A DNA stretch of 64,000 nucleotides from NCBI RefSeq assembly GCF_009914755.1, contig NC_060940.1; one strand, 5' to 3'. Below the pieces are notes generated by a model. It was given only the letters and a program-made list of their open reading frames with translations, had not been told where the DNA came from and ran no database searches. Origin of the DNA: the human T2T-CHM13v2.0 reference genome, Homo sapiens. Below are positions 1-41,174 of this stretch, piece after piece. The translations under genes and the position numbers were made by a program. Every line of letters begins with the position of its first letter. Within the stretch, counting starts at the first letter, position 1.

Positions 1-1430
<1,430 letters not shown>

Positions 1431-1660
1431 TGTAGTTTATGTGAGAATTCTTCATCTTTGACAGGAGCAGCACAGGGCTAATGCTGTGCTCTTCTTATTG
1501 CATCCTACTAAGCAGTGCTAGATTTCATTTGTTCCAATCCTGATGACATTCACTTTGATCACTCAATTAGGGTGGTATCTGTTTTTCCTTTTTAATTTAG
1601 AAGCATTTTGTTGGAGGTGTTTTGCAATTACTTAAATATTATTTTTGTTTCTCATCAAAC

Positions 1661-2240
<580 letters not shown>

Positions 2241-2254
2241 CTCATCAGACTTTT

Positions 2255-7290
<5,036 letters not shown>

Positions 7291-7314
7291 TTCCTCATCA
7301 AACATATAATGAAT

Positions 7315-11990
<4,676 letters not shown>

Positions 11991-12089
11991 AAGGCTGCTG
12001 TATGGAGAACGGTGTTGATGGGCTAAGAATGAACACCTGCAAAGCTGCTGAGGAGAGGCAGCAACTAGAACTCTTGATGAGGTTGAGAT

Positions 12090-13075
12090 GCAACCGGGTA
12101 CAACCATTTTAGACATGTTTTCTAGTTTCTTATATAGTCAAATATACACTTACCTTGTGATCCAGTAATTCTATTTCTGGGTATTTATCCAAGAGAAATA
12201 GAAACACATGCCCACTGTCCACAAAAATAGACTTGTACAAAAACTGTTCATACCAGATTTACTCATAATAGCCCCAAACTGGAAACAACCCAAATGTCAA
12301 TTAACACAAGGAAGAGGCTGGGTGCGGTGGCTCATGCCTGTAATCCTGGCACTTTGGGAGGCTGAGGTGTGTGGATCCCTTGAGCCCAGGAGTTTGAGAC
12401 TAGCCTGGGCAACATGATGAAAACCTGTCTCTACAAACAATAATGATAGTAGGGCCAGGTGCCATGCCTTATGCCTGTAATCCCAGCACTTTGGGAGGCT
12501 GAGGCGGGTGGATTGCTTGAGCCCAAAGAGTTTGAGATCAGCCCGGACAACGTGGCAAAACCCCATCTCTACAAATAATACAAAAATTAGCCCGGCCTGG
12601 TGGTGCATGCCTTTGGTCCCAGCTACTCGTGAGGCTGAGGTGGGAAGATGGCTTCAGCCCGGGAAGTGGATTATTATTATTTTAAAACAAAAGGATGAGT
12701 AAACAAACTGTGGTATATCCATTCAACAGAATACTTGGCAGCAATAAAGAGGAACGAACTTAATACACGCAATCATATGAATGACTCTCACAGGCACGTT
12801 TAGCAAGAGGAGTCAAGCCCAAAAGAATATACACAGTATGACTTCATTTTTATGAGGATCTAAAACAGACAGCACTAATTTGTGGTGATGTGAATCAGAA
12901 AAGCGGTTTCCTGGTGGTAGGTGTCTGTGGGAGGACAACAGGTGAGTCACTGAGAAGGGGCGCGAGGGAATTTTCTGTAGTGATAAAAGTGTTCTATATA
13001 GTGATTGTGGTAGTCGCTACATGGGCATATTTATTGGTCAAAATGCATTACATTTTTCACTTTAAAAGTGTGAGT
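12090..13075 (+). mobile_element. Old L1 3' end fragment split by Alu/FLAM insertions (~12315-12670)
   Basis: Typical L1 3' phrases: 'atagccccaaactggaaacaacccaaatgtc' and 'aaactgtggtatatccattcaacagaatac'. Confidence 0.8.
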
Positions 13076-13645
13076 ATGCCTGTAACTCCTGTGCTTTGGG
13101 AGGCCAAGGTGGGAGGATCACTAGAGGCCAGGCATTGAAGACCAGCCTGAGCAACACAGCAAGAACCCATCTCTATAAAAAGTAATAAAAAATTTAGCTG
13201 AGCATGGTGACACACACCTCTCATTCTTGCTACTTGGGAAGCTGAGACGGGAGGATCAGTTGAGCCCAGGAGTTTGAGGCTGCAACGAGCTATGATTATG
13301 CCACTACACCCTAGCCTGGGTGACAGAGCAAGACCCCAACTATTTATTTATTTATTTATTTATTTATTTATTTTGAAACAGAGTCTCACTCTGTCGCCCA
13401 GGCTGGAGTGCAGTGGCATGATCTTGGCTCACTGTAACCTCCACTCCCAGGTTCAAGTGATTCTCTACGTCAGCCTCCCAAGTAGCTGGGATTACAGGCA
13501 CCCGCCACCACACCCGGCTAATTTTTGTATTTTTAGTGGAGACAGGGTCTCACCATGTTGGTCAGGCTGGCCTTGAACTCCTGACCCCAAATGATCCACC
13601 TGCCTCGGCCTCCCAAAGTGCTGGGATTACAGGTGTGAGCCACAA
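13075..13645. mobile_element. Tail-to-tail Alu pair: sense Alu ~13075-13340, antisense Alu ~13341-13645 with (TTTA)n tail
   Basis: Sense Alu 3' end runs directly into the T-rich tail of an antisense Alu. Confidence 0.88.
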
Positions 13646-14231
13646 CTCTTAAATAAAGTGTGACTTTTATTGTATACGAATTATACCACCACAACAAAAA
13701 AGAGGCAAAGAGAATGAATCTTTGGAGTTTTAGGGGTGTTCTACGGTATGGCAGTGGAGAAACACAGGAAGAGAAGACAAAGAAAGCAGATTAGAGACCA
13801 GACGAGTTGCTTATACATTGCATGAGAGGCAGGGAAGAGTCAGAACTAACACTTAGGTTTCTGGCTGGGGCAGCTAAGTGACTGGTGGTGTTATTACCGA
13901 CTTGGGGGAAAACTGGGAAAGGGTCAGGTCCATATAGGGTGTTGGTTGGGTCAAGGGAGGAATGAGGAGGCTAAATTTTGACATGTCAGCCTGAAATACC
14001 CAGGAGATATTACGTGGGCCCATTATGCCACACTCATCCTGTTTCTCTCTTGCCTTGCTGGTTTCTTCATTACAGTATCAGATTTTCCAGGATTCATTCC
14101 TTGGCTCTTCTCATCCTCCACAGCAATGGTTCTCAATAAGTAACACTTCACCTCCACTCCGCAGAGGGTTTGGGGGAAATGACTGCAGTGTTTTTGGTTG
14201 AGGGGAGATGTGTGCTATTAAGAGTCCATGG

Positions 14232-19426
<5,195 letters not shown>

Positions 19427-19569
19427 TTAGAAAAAGGAGAATGGGATGATCCACAGAGTGGGGTTTCTGAGAAAGTAAAGGTTATAGATTTTAAGCACAG
19501 AGGAGGAATTATCTTTAAATTAGAAGAAAAAGCTTGATGAGAGGTTGGAAAGAACACACGCAAGTGAAA

Positions 19570-19750
19570 ATATGTATCTTACTGTATCTACATGTATGTG
19601 TATTGTTGTATCTACCTGCAGATATGTATGTCTTATTGTATCTACATGTAGGTATGTATGTATACTTTTAATGTACACATATGCATCTGTGTCTACATAT
19701 ATACATATCTTAGTCTATCTACATGTATGTATCTTACTGTGTCTACACTA
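19570..19750 (+). repeat. Degenerate minisatellite, unit ~TATCTTACTGTATCTACATGTATG
   Basis: Recurrent 'tgtatctac' and 'atgtatg' motifs; periodic peptide (VSTC..) in the ORF track. Confidence 0.7.
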
Positions 19751-20464
19751 AGATGTTTCTTACTGTGTGAGCTACGTTGGAACCTGCTTTTTCATTTATT
19801 CTATTGCAACCATTTCCTCCATGCCGGGATTATTCCTCCACATCATTTTTACAGTGTCCTAATACATGCCAGTAGCTGTTTTTGAAGCCATCTAGTAGCG
19901 CTGGACATTTTGGCTGTTTGCAATTTTTCACCATCATCAATACCACAGCTTAGTATCTCGAAGGTGAAATATTTGCAGATACCCAGAATTATTTCCTGAG
20001 CAGAAAATCCGTGCAGGCGGAACTGCTGAGTCAAAGGTCGGTGGATAAAAATCGCTTTTAAGCCTCACAACCCGCCTCAGGTATGCATTCTTTACCTGAG
20101 GAGGAACAGAGAAGCAGAGAGGTTAAATAACTGGCCCAAGGTCAAAAATAATTAGAAGTGGCTGAATTCAAAAGCCGCGCGGGCTCATCAGGCTGCAGTT
20201 GGGGTAAAATTTGCGTTTTAGGCAATTTTTTTTTTTTTTTTTTTGGCGTGTGTCAGTGGGGGAGGGGCCGGGCGGCGGGTAGGAAACTTGTGTCGCAGCA
20301 AAGAAGGAGGAGGAGGGGAGGGACTCCCCTCCTCGGTCAGACCGGAGCCGGCCGCACCGAAAAAGGTTGGACTCGGGACTCCGCAGGCCCCCCCAGCCAC
20401 TCCGCGGGGCGCCTCGGAGGCTGTGACCTCCAGGGAGGTCCGGCTGGGTGCAGCGTGACACGCC

Positions 20465-20582
20465 GGGGCGGTTGCCAAGGACCTGCCCAATCTGCGGGTC
20501 CAGTTGCTAGGGCCTCCATCTTGGGGGCCAGTGGCCGTGGCGCCCCCGGAAGGGGTTGCCGAGTGGGGCATTCACTTCCGGT
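20465..20582 (+). promoter_or_regulatory. TATA-less core promoter motif cluster: GC box, CCAAT, YY1-like, ETS/GABPA, RFX-like half-sites
   Basis: GGGGCGG 20465; CCAAT 20487; CCATCTT 20516 (minus-strand AAGATGG); CCGGAAG 20546; CACTTCCGGT 20573-20582 (ACCGGAAGTG on minus); GTTGCY at 20471, 20503 and 20555. Confidence 0.6.
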
Positions 20583-20592
20583 CTGGGGCCTG

Positions 20593-20613
20593 CGGCGGCG
20601 GCGGTGTCGGTGT

Positions 20614-20655
<42 letters not shown>
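20593..20655 (+). repeat. Interrupted CGG repeat: (CGG)4 TGT CGG TGT (CGG)14
   Basis: Counted directly; pure run at 20614-20655. Confidence 0.95.
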
Positions 20656-20656
<1 letters not shown>

Positions 20657-20674
20657 AGCGGGTCGGTGTAGAAA

Positions 20675-20728
20675 ATGGCGCTGGTGCAGCGGCTCGGGCC
20701 TCTCCCCGCGGCGCTGCGGAGGGCTTGA
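20675..20728 (+). other. Upstream ORF MALVQRLGPLPAALRRA* (17 aa)
   Basis: ATG at 20675 in context GAAAATGG (A at -3, G at +4); TGA at 20726-20728; same frame as the main ATG 105 nt downstream. Requires the TSS to be upstream of 20675. Confidence 0.6.
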
Positions 20729-20779
20729 GGCTCGCGAGCCTCCTTCGCCGCGCCCCACTTGCTCGTGCACTTTACACAC

Positions 20780-20784
20780 ATGAG
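20780..20784 (+). CDS. TNRC6A: TNRC6A coding exon 1 (ATG AG; Met1 and part of Arg2)
   Basis: ATGAG followed by donor GTGAGC at 20785. Joined to the next exon it gives MRELEAK..., the TNRC6A long-isoform start as recalled. Confidence 0.93.
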
Positions 20785-21190
20785 GTGAGCGGAACAAGGG
20801 CCTCCCTCCGGGCGGGAGGAGCCGCGGGCGCTGCCGCAGGGCCCGCAACCCGCGGCGGCGGCAGCAGAGGCGGCGGCGCCGGGCGTCCCCGAGACTTCGG
20901 GCCTCGGCGGGAGGGCGCAGGCTGCGTTGCTGCGGAGGCCGAGCGGGCGGCCCGGGGGAGCCTCGCTGCGCCGCGCCGCGGGGGCCAGGCCGGGGTTGCG
21001 CCTCGCCCGCGCCGCGGGACCGCAGTCCGGGCTGCAGCCCCGCAGCTTTGTGAGTCCCCCTCCCCCCGTCCTCTCCCCTCCCCCATCCGGCCCCGGCGCG
21101 AGCCTCTGCCGCAGCAGCTCCGTTTTCACGCGCATCTCGTTTTTGTGTGTGTGTTTTTGTTTTGTTTTTGTTTTTGTTTTTTTGTTTCAG

Positions 21191-21238
21191 AGAATTGGAA
21201 GCTAAAGCTACCAAAGACGTAGAAAGAAATCTTAGCAG
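21191..21238 (+). CDS. TNRC6A: TNRC6A coding exon 2 (48 nt; (R)ELEAKATKDVERNLS(R))
   Basis: Long T/G tract ending TTTCAG at 21190; open frame; donor CAG|GTAAGA at 21239; phase 2-2. Confidence 0.95.
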
Positions 21239-23603
21239 GTAAGATGGGCGAGCTTTCCGTCTCCCGCCCCACGATAATCGTATATTTCTACTCCGATTCG
21301 CCCTTTCTGGGTTGAGAAGTTCCCCCGTGACATTTTCTTCCGCACCCGGAGAGCAGACATTCGGGAGAAGCGGCCTGGGGGAATACTGGAGGGATTGCGG
21401 GGAGATGCGTAATTACGCGTGTGTTTCTTTCTTTAAAAAAAAAAAAAAAAAGCGCAAAGCAATTCTTGTAAACTTAGTTAAAGCATTCTCACCCTTTTAG
21501 AATTTAATTAGGGGACTTGTGCATTAATTACTATTGTAAATGGTTGCAGGCATTGTGTGACTCATGATTGAGGCGGCCCTTATGGCGGGCTGTCAAACTG
21601 TTTTGGCTTCCCCGTTATTACTTTGTAGCTCAAATTGTTGCTTTTATAAAAAGATACTATGTGTTCGCATTCCCCCCCGCCCCCCCCCCCCATACATTGT
21701 AGTCAGGCGGATTCTGTTGCATTGGACACAGTTTTGTCCTTGAACTTTACCAAGCATAAGCTGCGTTTTGTTTTCCTTCGAAACTCCATTTCTGTCCATG
21801 TTCGGTGTGTGCTCTTTTTATCAGCTGGTAAAATAATTAAAAATCTTTTCTCCAGAAGAGGTTATCGTTCCTGTTGGGCCCTGCTGCTTTTGCATCACCG
21901 TGAAGGGAGAATTTTTTTTTTTTTTTTAAACGATGTCTTTATGGAATGGAAATATTTAGCTTCATTGAGCTGTAATTGCTTAAGCATCAAGGAATTGTAC
22001 TGTATTTAACTCCTTTTCACATTCATTTTCTTTCCTACCGTCTTTTCCTTTCTTATTCCCCTTTTTCTTTTGCATCATATTGGGACACTCAGGGAAACTT
22101 AGCCAATTAACCAAATCCGTGAATAGCTTTCTTTTTTTCTTTTTTTTCACTTGTTGAAAATAAAATGAAATTTCTCCTATCTCAGGTTTTAATGTAGTTT
22201 GCTCTTGATGATTGCGGGTTTTAGGTTTACATTGGGGTTTTTAACACTCACATTTCAAATCGTCTGAATATTTTGCACCGCGTAGAATTGTTCCAAATTG
22301 CTGGCCTATTGAGTTTCATAAGATACTAATCTGTTCAGGTGATCGTTAAAGAATGTGTTCAGATGGTGAAGGATAGGCATCATTGGTTTACCCAGTAAGG
22401 GATTCTCTGTTACTCAAAATAATTATGGGATCATTTAAAGGAAATTAAGTCTGACATCACTGACTATTTGTGGTATATTTACATAAATTTTGTCAAAATC
22501 TAGTAAGGAAATGTTAAGATATGAAACCATTAAAGAAAACAGGTTGAGCCATTAAGGTGTAATATCAGCAGAACAGAGCTTAGAGGTCTGTTTCTCCTTC
22601 CATTTTTGTTTTATCAGGTAACTATATCAGTATAATTCCTATGAAGGTGCTCTAGTACTTAATTAAAAATTGTCTGTGCCACAGGTATAATTTTAATATT
22701 AGGTAGAACTCGAGTCTGGGTTGGCTATTTATCAGAGTTTGAATTCCAGCTCTGCTACTTGCAATATGACCTTGACTCTTGGCAAGTCACTTAGCCTCTC
22801 TGTCCAATCTATAAAACGAGCGGCGTGGGCCAGCCAGTTGCTGAGGTCTGTTAGGCCCTTTGGGTTACATAAAAGGAGTAAAGTGCTGTCCGTGTTCACA
22901 GAGGGCATGTACAGTCTAGTAGAAAGACTATCATAAATGCATAAATAACAGTAGTACTAGGTAGATGACGTAGGAATCAAAAGATACCATCCCATTCATG
23001 TGCTTGAGAATATTCAGTCGGTCAGAAGGCATGAAAGGAAAAACAAATATCAAAGAGATTGTAAGGCAGTGTGTACTAAGGATCCAATGAGAGGGGAGCA
23101 TTTCTTGCAGGTTAAAAGTGTTCTGAGGAAGGAGAGAGGTGATTAGGTGGGCAGATGCTTCCTTCATCTCCATCTCTAGCTGTGTTTCCTTTTTCACAAA
23201 AAAGAATGTATCTGTCTTTACCCATAGTGCTCTCTCCAGGAAATCAAGGCATTGTATTCATTGAGTAACCGTTTTTTGAGCATTTTCGATATTTCAACTG
23301 TGGGACTGGGCACTAAGCCAGGGAAGAATGTAAGTAGTTAAATTTATTGATTGCTTACTATGTGCCTGGCACACTTTTCCTAAGATTTTACATGGACTCA
23401 TCTGATCCTTGAAAAACCCTGTGAGGTAGGTAGTATTGTTATCTCCGTTTTACAGATGGAGAATTTGATGTATAAAGAGGTTAAGTAACTTGGAGGAGAC
23501 CATATCACTGGTAATTGGAGTAACTTTTTAGGCTTCGAACTTGCAAAATTTGAAAATTTCTTTTGGTAGGCGGGACCCACAGATGCATGCAATACTTCTA
23601 GAT

Positions 23604-23794
23604 CAGTTTTTTCATCTGGGCACTTGACATTTTGGACCAGATAATTTATTATTTTGAGGGTTGTTCTGTGCATCACAGGATGTTCAGCATCCGCAGTAGC
23701 ACTCCCCGTCCAGTTGTGACAATCACCAATGCTTCCAGATATTGCTAGATGTCCCTGGGAGTGGCGCAGAATCGACCCTGGCTGAGAACCACTG
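23604..23794 (+). mobile_element. MER20 with near-intact 8-bp TSD
   Basis: CAG…GAGAACCACTG termini; flanks TTCTAGAT (23596) and CTCTAGAT (23795). Confidence 0.85.
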
Positions 23795-23868
23795 CTCTAG
23801 ATCTTCATTAGGAATTGTAACGTGAAAGCCTCCAAACTTTTAGATGTTGAGTTAATTTAAACATCTTT

Positions 23869-27645
<3,777 letters not shown>

Positions 27646-29199
27646 TTGAAGTAAATTAACCGAAAGGTTATCCAATATTCTTACTTCTACACTGACTTGG
27701 TGTTTCTTTCATTTTAGGAAATGCCAAACAATTGGTTTAAACCGAGATGTAATTTTAAATATTTGAGGTTACAGTAATTACAGGTCTTTGTATTTAAATC
27801 GATCAGCCATAATGATTACTGCTTTTATGAAGATTTATGCCAAAGGTAGCTCCCTTACTGTGGGACATAAAAGTTGCTTGTTTTCAGCTTTGACCAGTGA
27901 TGAACTGATAACCCTGGTAGGAAAATGAAACATTGGGGCTGGGCTTGTAATACGCTTTCTTAAAAGAATGCCCCATTGAAATTAGAGTGGCACGGTGCCA
28001 CCAGACCAAGGGTTCTCATCCCGATGCCACAGAGGGACCACAGGTGTTATGAAGTGGTTTGCAAAATTGAATGTATGCCAAAATAAAATAATAAAAATAA
28101 AAATAAAACCCCACAACAAAAGCAGATATGGTCTTTAGTGCTCATTAGATCTCAAAGGGTCATTACTCCTCAAAGATTAAGAAACTGCTTCTTTATGAGG
28201 AGGTTGTCAGAGGAGCTGAATAGTATCAATAAGAGGAAGATGTTTGAGATTCAAAAGGAAGTAATATTCGACTAAGGCATAGCTTCTTTCCATCTTAAAA
28301 AAAAGCCACCCATGAAAATAAATATAGTTTAAATTTCCTATTTAAGATGTCTTATTTTAAAAATGATTTGCATACTCTGTGTGTTTGAGTTGGCTATGAA
28401 GGAGAAATCCTAGCATTTCCACTCTTGTAACTAGGGAAAAGCATTTTGAATTTTTAGCAGTAGTATATTATGTGATGATGACTCAGCTGACTTCCCGTTT
28501 CAAATGGAATGTTCAAAACAGATTGAAACCTGGTTGAAGAATTTTATACTTTGAACCTTACAAGATATTTTCTGCAAACAGTGACTGATTGGATTTTGTA
28601 TAATAACAAACAAGATTAAGCCAACTCAGTTGTTTTGCTGTTCTTATTAGTGGTTTTCAGTCAGGGAGCACTTATTGAGCAGTTTGCTGCAATAATATTG
28701 AATATTTTTAGAGTTATGACGTCTGTGTTTTGTTGACTTTGGTCCCTTCTTTCTCCCATTCTTTTGAAGTTTCCCTAAAACATGTGTGCACAGACGGGAG
28801 AGAATGGTAGTTAAGTATGTGCTGATTTTAAATGTCCTTTTAAATATCATTTATTCCTTGATAATTGACTGTATAACTGATGTAAGAGAAATATGTTTTA
28901 TATGTTATTCCACTTGTGAATCTCTTTGCAATGTGAGGCATATAGTGAAAATCTTACAAAGATAGGGTCATAAAATGTGCATTCTCTACACTGCTGCAGG
29001 TTAATCGTCCTCGAGCCACGTTTCTGAGGCCTGTCAGTCACTATTTCTTAGAAACCTTTGTTGGCTCCTTCCCAGTGACTCTGGAATTAAAGCCCAGACT
29101 CTTGTTTTTTGCTCAGCTTATCAATTTAGCACTGTCCCTTCCACCTTTTGCCCTGTCCCTAACTCTTCCTTCTCTGAATGTACCTTTCAGTTTCTCTCA

Positions 29200-32510
<3,311 letters not shown>

Positions 32511-32764
32511 TATCTTTTGATACCTTGGTTCTCTTTTGGTACCTGGTACCTGATTTGCTCTGGTTTGCAATCTGGGACCTTTAGCTGTTGGTTTTGCGTC
32601 CACCTAATTCTGCATTGTACAATAATAATTGTTTTTATGTATTCAGTTTTATTTTCTACTGTATGCACTTCCTCCTTTGGTTGCAACCTTCTTTGCATCC
32701 TAACCTTAGCTTAGTGCAGTGCTTTGTGCCTAGTCTCTCATGGCTAGCAATTAGTGTACACTTT

Positions 32765-37920
<5,156 letters not shown>

Positions 37921-39818
37921 AACGCATTCTTGAACGGTACAAGTAAATCATTTGTAGTGGCTACTGGAAGATACGGGCAAAATTTGAAGCTTAGCTTGAT
38001 TTGTTGTGTGGAATGTACCATCCTAATCTTGATCTATTTGTTTTTTCAGATCGAGATATTGCATTTCCCCTAGTCAATGTATGAAACCAACTTTAAAATA
38101 CAATTTACATACAGTAAAATCCAAACATTGAGTGTGTAGGTGAATGATTTGACAAATGTATACACCCTTGTAATTATCACTCCAATCAAGTTAGAAAACA
38201 TTTCCATTTTCCTAGAAAGTTCCCTCAGTGGCATTGACTTTTACAGGCCACCTCAAAGCCTTTATACATGAGATGCAGGACATAAGTCAAGTTCTGATAA
38301 AAGGGGAGTCTGGTTTTTACAGACAACGAGGTAGATTCATAGAACTTACAGATGTGAGGTATCCTGCAAAGTAGCCTTCAGGGCATGGATGATTGCTAAC
38401 TGGAGTGTTGTCTTGGTGGCAGGTGCATCAAACAGGGTGGCCCACTTAGGCCTTTCAAATCCATCAGTCCTTGCTCCTCTTGATAGTTGTGGTAAATGAT
38501 ATAGTCAGATGTCTTAAGTGAGTCTCTATGAACATTTAACTCCTGGAAGCTGACGTGTTTGGGCACAGGTGTTGTTGTTGTTTTTCCAGTTGGCTTTCTC
38601 TGAAGGAGGAGATATGGGAAAAAGCATGACTGGTTGGCTGTGATGATAGTGTTGAAGAACAAAACTTACTCCCCTCTGTGCTTACAGTATCGGCTGATAC
38701 TGTGATATTTCCTTGAGAAGAAATGTCTGGTACATCTTTTAAGTACTAAGGGGGATATTTTTGGCCAGGAAAACACTTGCTAGTAACCTCATCAGAAAGT
38801 CTTGAAAATGAAGTTTGAGAAAGGAGAAAATACTCCAGATAGAGACCATTACATGGAGTAAAATTATAGTGACATAGAAGATCAGAAAAGGACATGTCTG
38901 TAATTCACAGCAGAACATGAAGAACAAATGCTGAAGGTGCTAGATGTTTCTGAATAAGTACCTGTGCTATTTTGACACAAGAAGGGTAAAGACAGCCTTT
39001 TGGGTGCCACTGAGGACTGGTGAGTTGGATTCATGGCTAGGCAATTGAGTGCTTACTAGATAAGCTTTGTGCTAAGTAAGCAGTCCTAATTCTTATAAAA
39101 ATATTAAGACATTGACATGTATGGTCATTTGCCCCCAGTTTTTTCATGAAGAAACAGAGGCTGAAGAAGATTAAGTATTTTTAACTAGTAATCAGCTTTT
39201 AATCTTGACTTCTGCATGTCTCAGGGTAGGTAACATGACAGTGGTGTAACCTAGTTGCCGTTGTTTACTGATTTTACTCTGCTGCTCTCATATGCTGTGG
39301 CTTTCTTGCTCCTTGACTTCCCTGGGATTGTAGTGTGAGTGAGCTTGTTCAGTCTTACTACCTCCTGCACACAGAATTCAAAAGAGAGTGAGTCATGGCC
39401 ACAGTTGGCAGGAATCTGTTATGTTACTCCATTAGCCACATGACACTTCTGCTTGTAACAAAATGACAGCGAAGTATAGCAACAGTTATCATACTCTTCT
39501 TCCAGTTATCCTTTTAGCTGATTTTAGTAGTCCTATACTTTACTAAGTTTTTATCAATTGTGCATAATGTCATTCATTTCATTTTTCGGTGTCTGCATCT
39601 CCTCTCAGTCTGTTCCATCAGCAAAGCCAACTTAAATTTTGTTTAATCTCATTGCAGCGCACCTATAGCAACAACCCCTTCCAGTTTCTTAGGCACTTGT
39701 CTTTCTCCTTTTATCTTCTTCAACATCCCTACTGCCATATGCATTCCAGCCTTGATAAATAATGTGCAGCTTCCAAAATGTCTAGTTCATATCTCCAAAT
39801 CTCTCTTTTTCTGCCTGA

Positions 39819-39980
<162 letters not shown>

Positions 39981-40565
39981 TGATATTCTTAGTGTCCCCT
40001 CTGGAAAGCTTCCTCAGGGCAGAGTTAGGTATTTTCATTTTGTGTGATGCTTTTCTTTGGGTAACTGGTTATTTTGGTTGTTGGTATTATGAATGAAGGT
40101 TTAGGGTCTAGACTTTAGGGTGATGACTATAGGTAGCCGGAGTGAGTTTCTTCCGCCTTTGCAAAGGTTTTTTTTGCCCAGTAGACTCCTTCCCTGAATG
40201 GGAAGGCTGATCTGTGTGAAGGGTGTTGATTGGCAAGCTTTACTTTACAGTGTGATGGAGGGAGTGGCAGCAGCCTCCAGTAAGATGGGCTTTGTTCTGG
40301 GACAACCAAACCCATTCAAGCACCTATCAGACTCCTGTGGAAGGTTTTGTTTCTTTAGAGAGTATTTCTTTGGCTTGAGGCTGCATTTAGAAGCAGCTAC
40401 TATCTGTGGCTGTGTAGGCATCTGGATGGGAAGTGGGTGGGGTTGAGTAGCTATGGCTTTTCTATTCCTTAGGCAGTCTTTTTGCTTCATGCTCTCTTGC
40501 TCTGGTCTTCTGGAACCCTCTCTAGAGCTCCACCAGAAAGGATGGTGCCTAAAACATCTATTTCA

Positions 40566-41174
<609 letters not shown>

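Larger units (their letters stand above)
20150..21450. promoter_or_regulatory. CpG island promoter spanning TSS, exon 1, intron 1 and exon 2
   Basis: Abrupt rise in GC and undepleted CpG relative to the AT-rich, CpG-poor flanks; contains the start codon. Confidence 0.93.

Noticed and set aside
13341-13375. (TTTA)n and similar Alu tails as the FAME6 repeat
   Set aside because: Short tetramer tails with no TTTTA/TTTCA array; the disease repeat is not evident in this window.
20507-21214. 235-aa and 187-aa antisense ORFs with poly-Ala/poly-Pro
   Set aside because: Low-complexity translations of GC-rich DNA and the CCG repeat; no recognisable domain or transcript evidence.
20158-21222. 354-aa + strand ORF with poly-Arg
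   Set aside because: Non-ATG start, runs through promoter and intron 1, out of frame with exon 2; explained by stop-codon scarcity in a CpG island.
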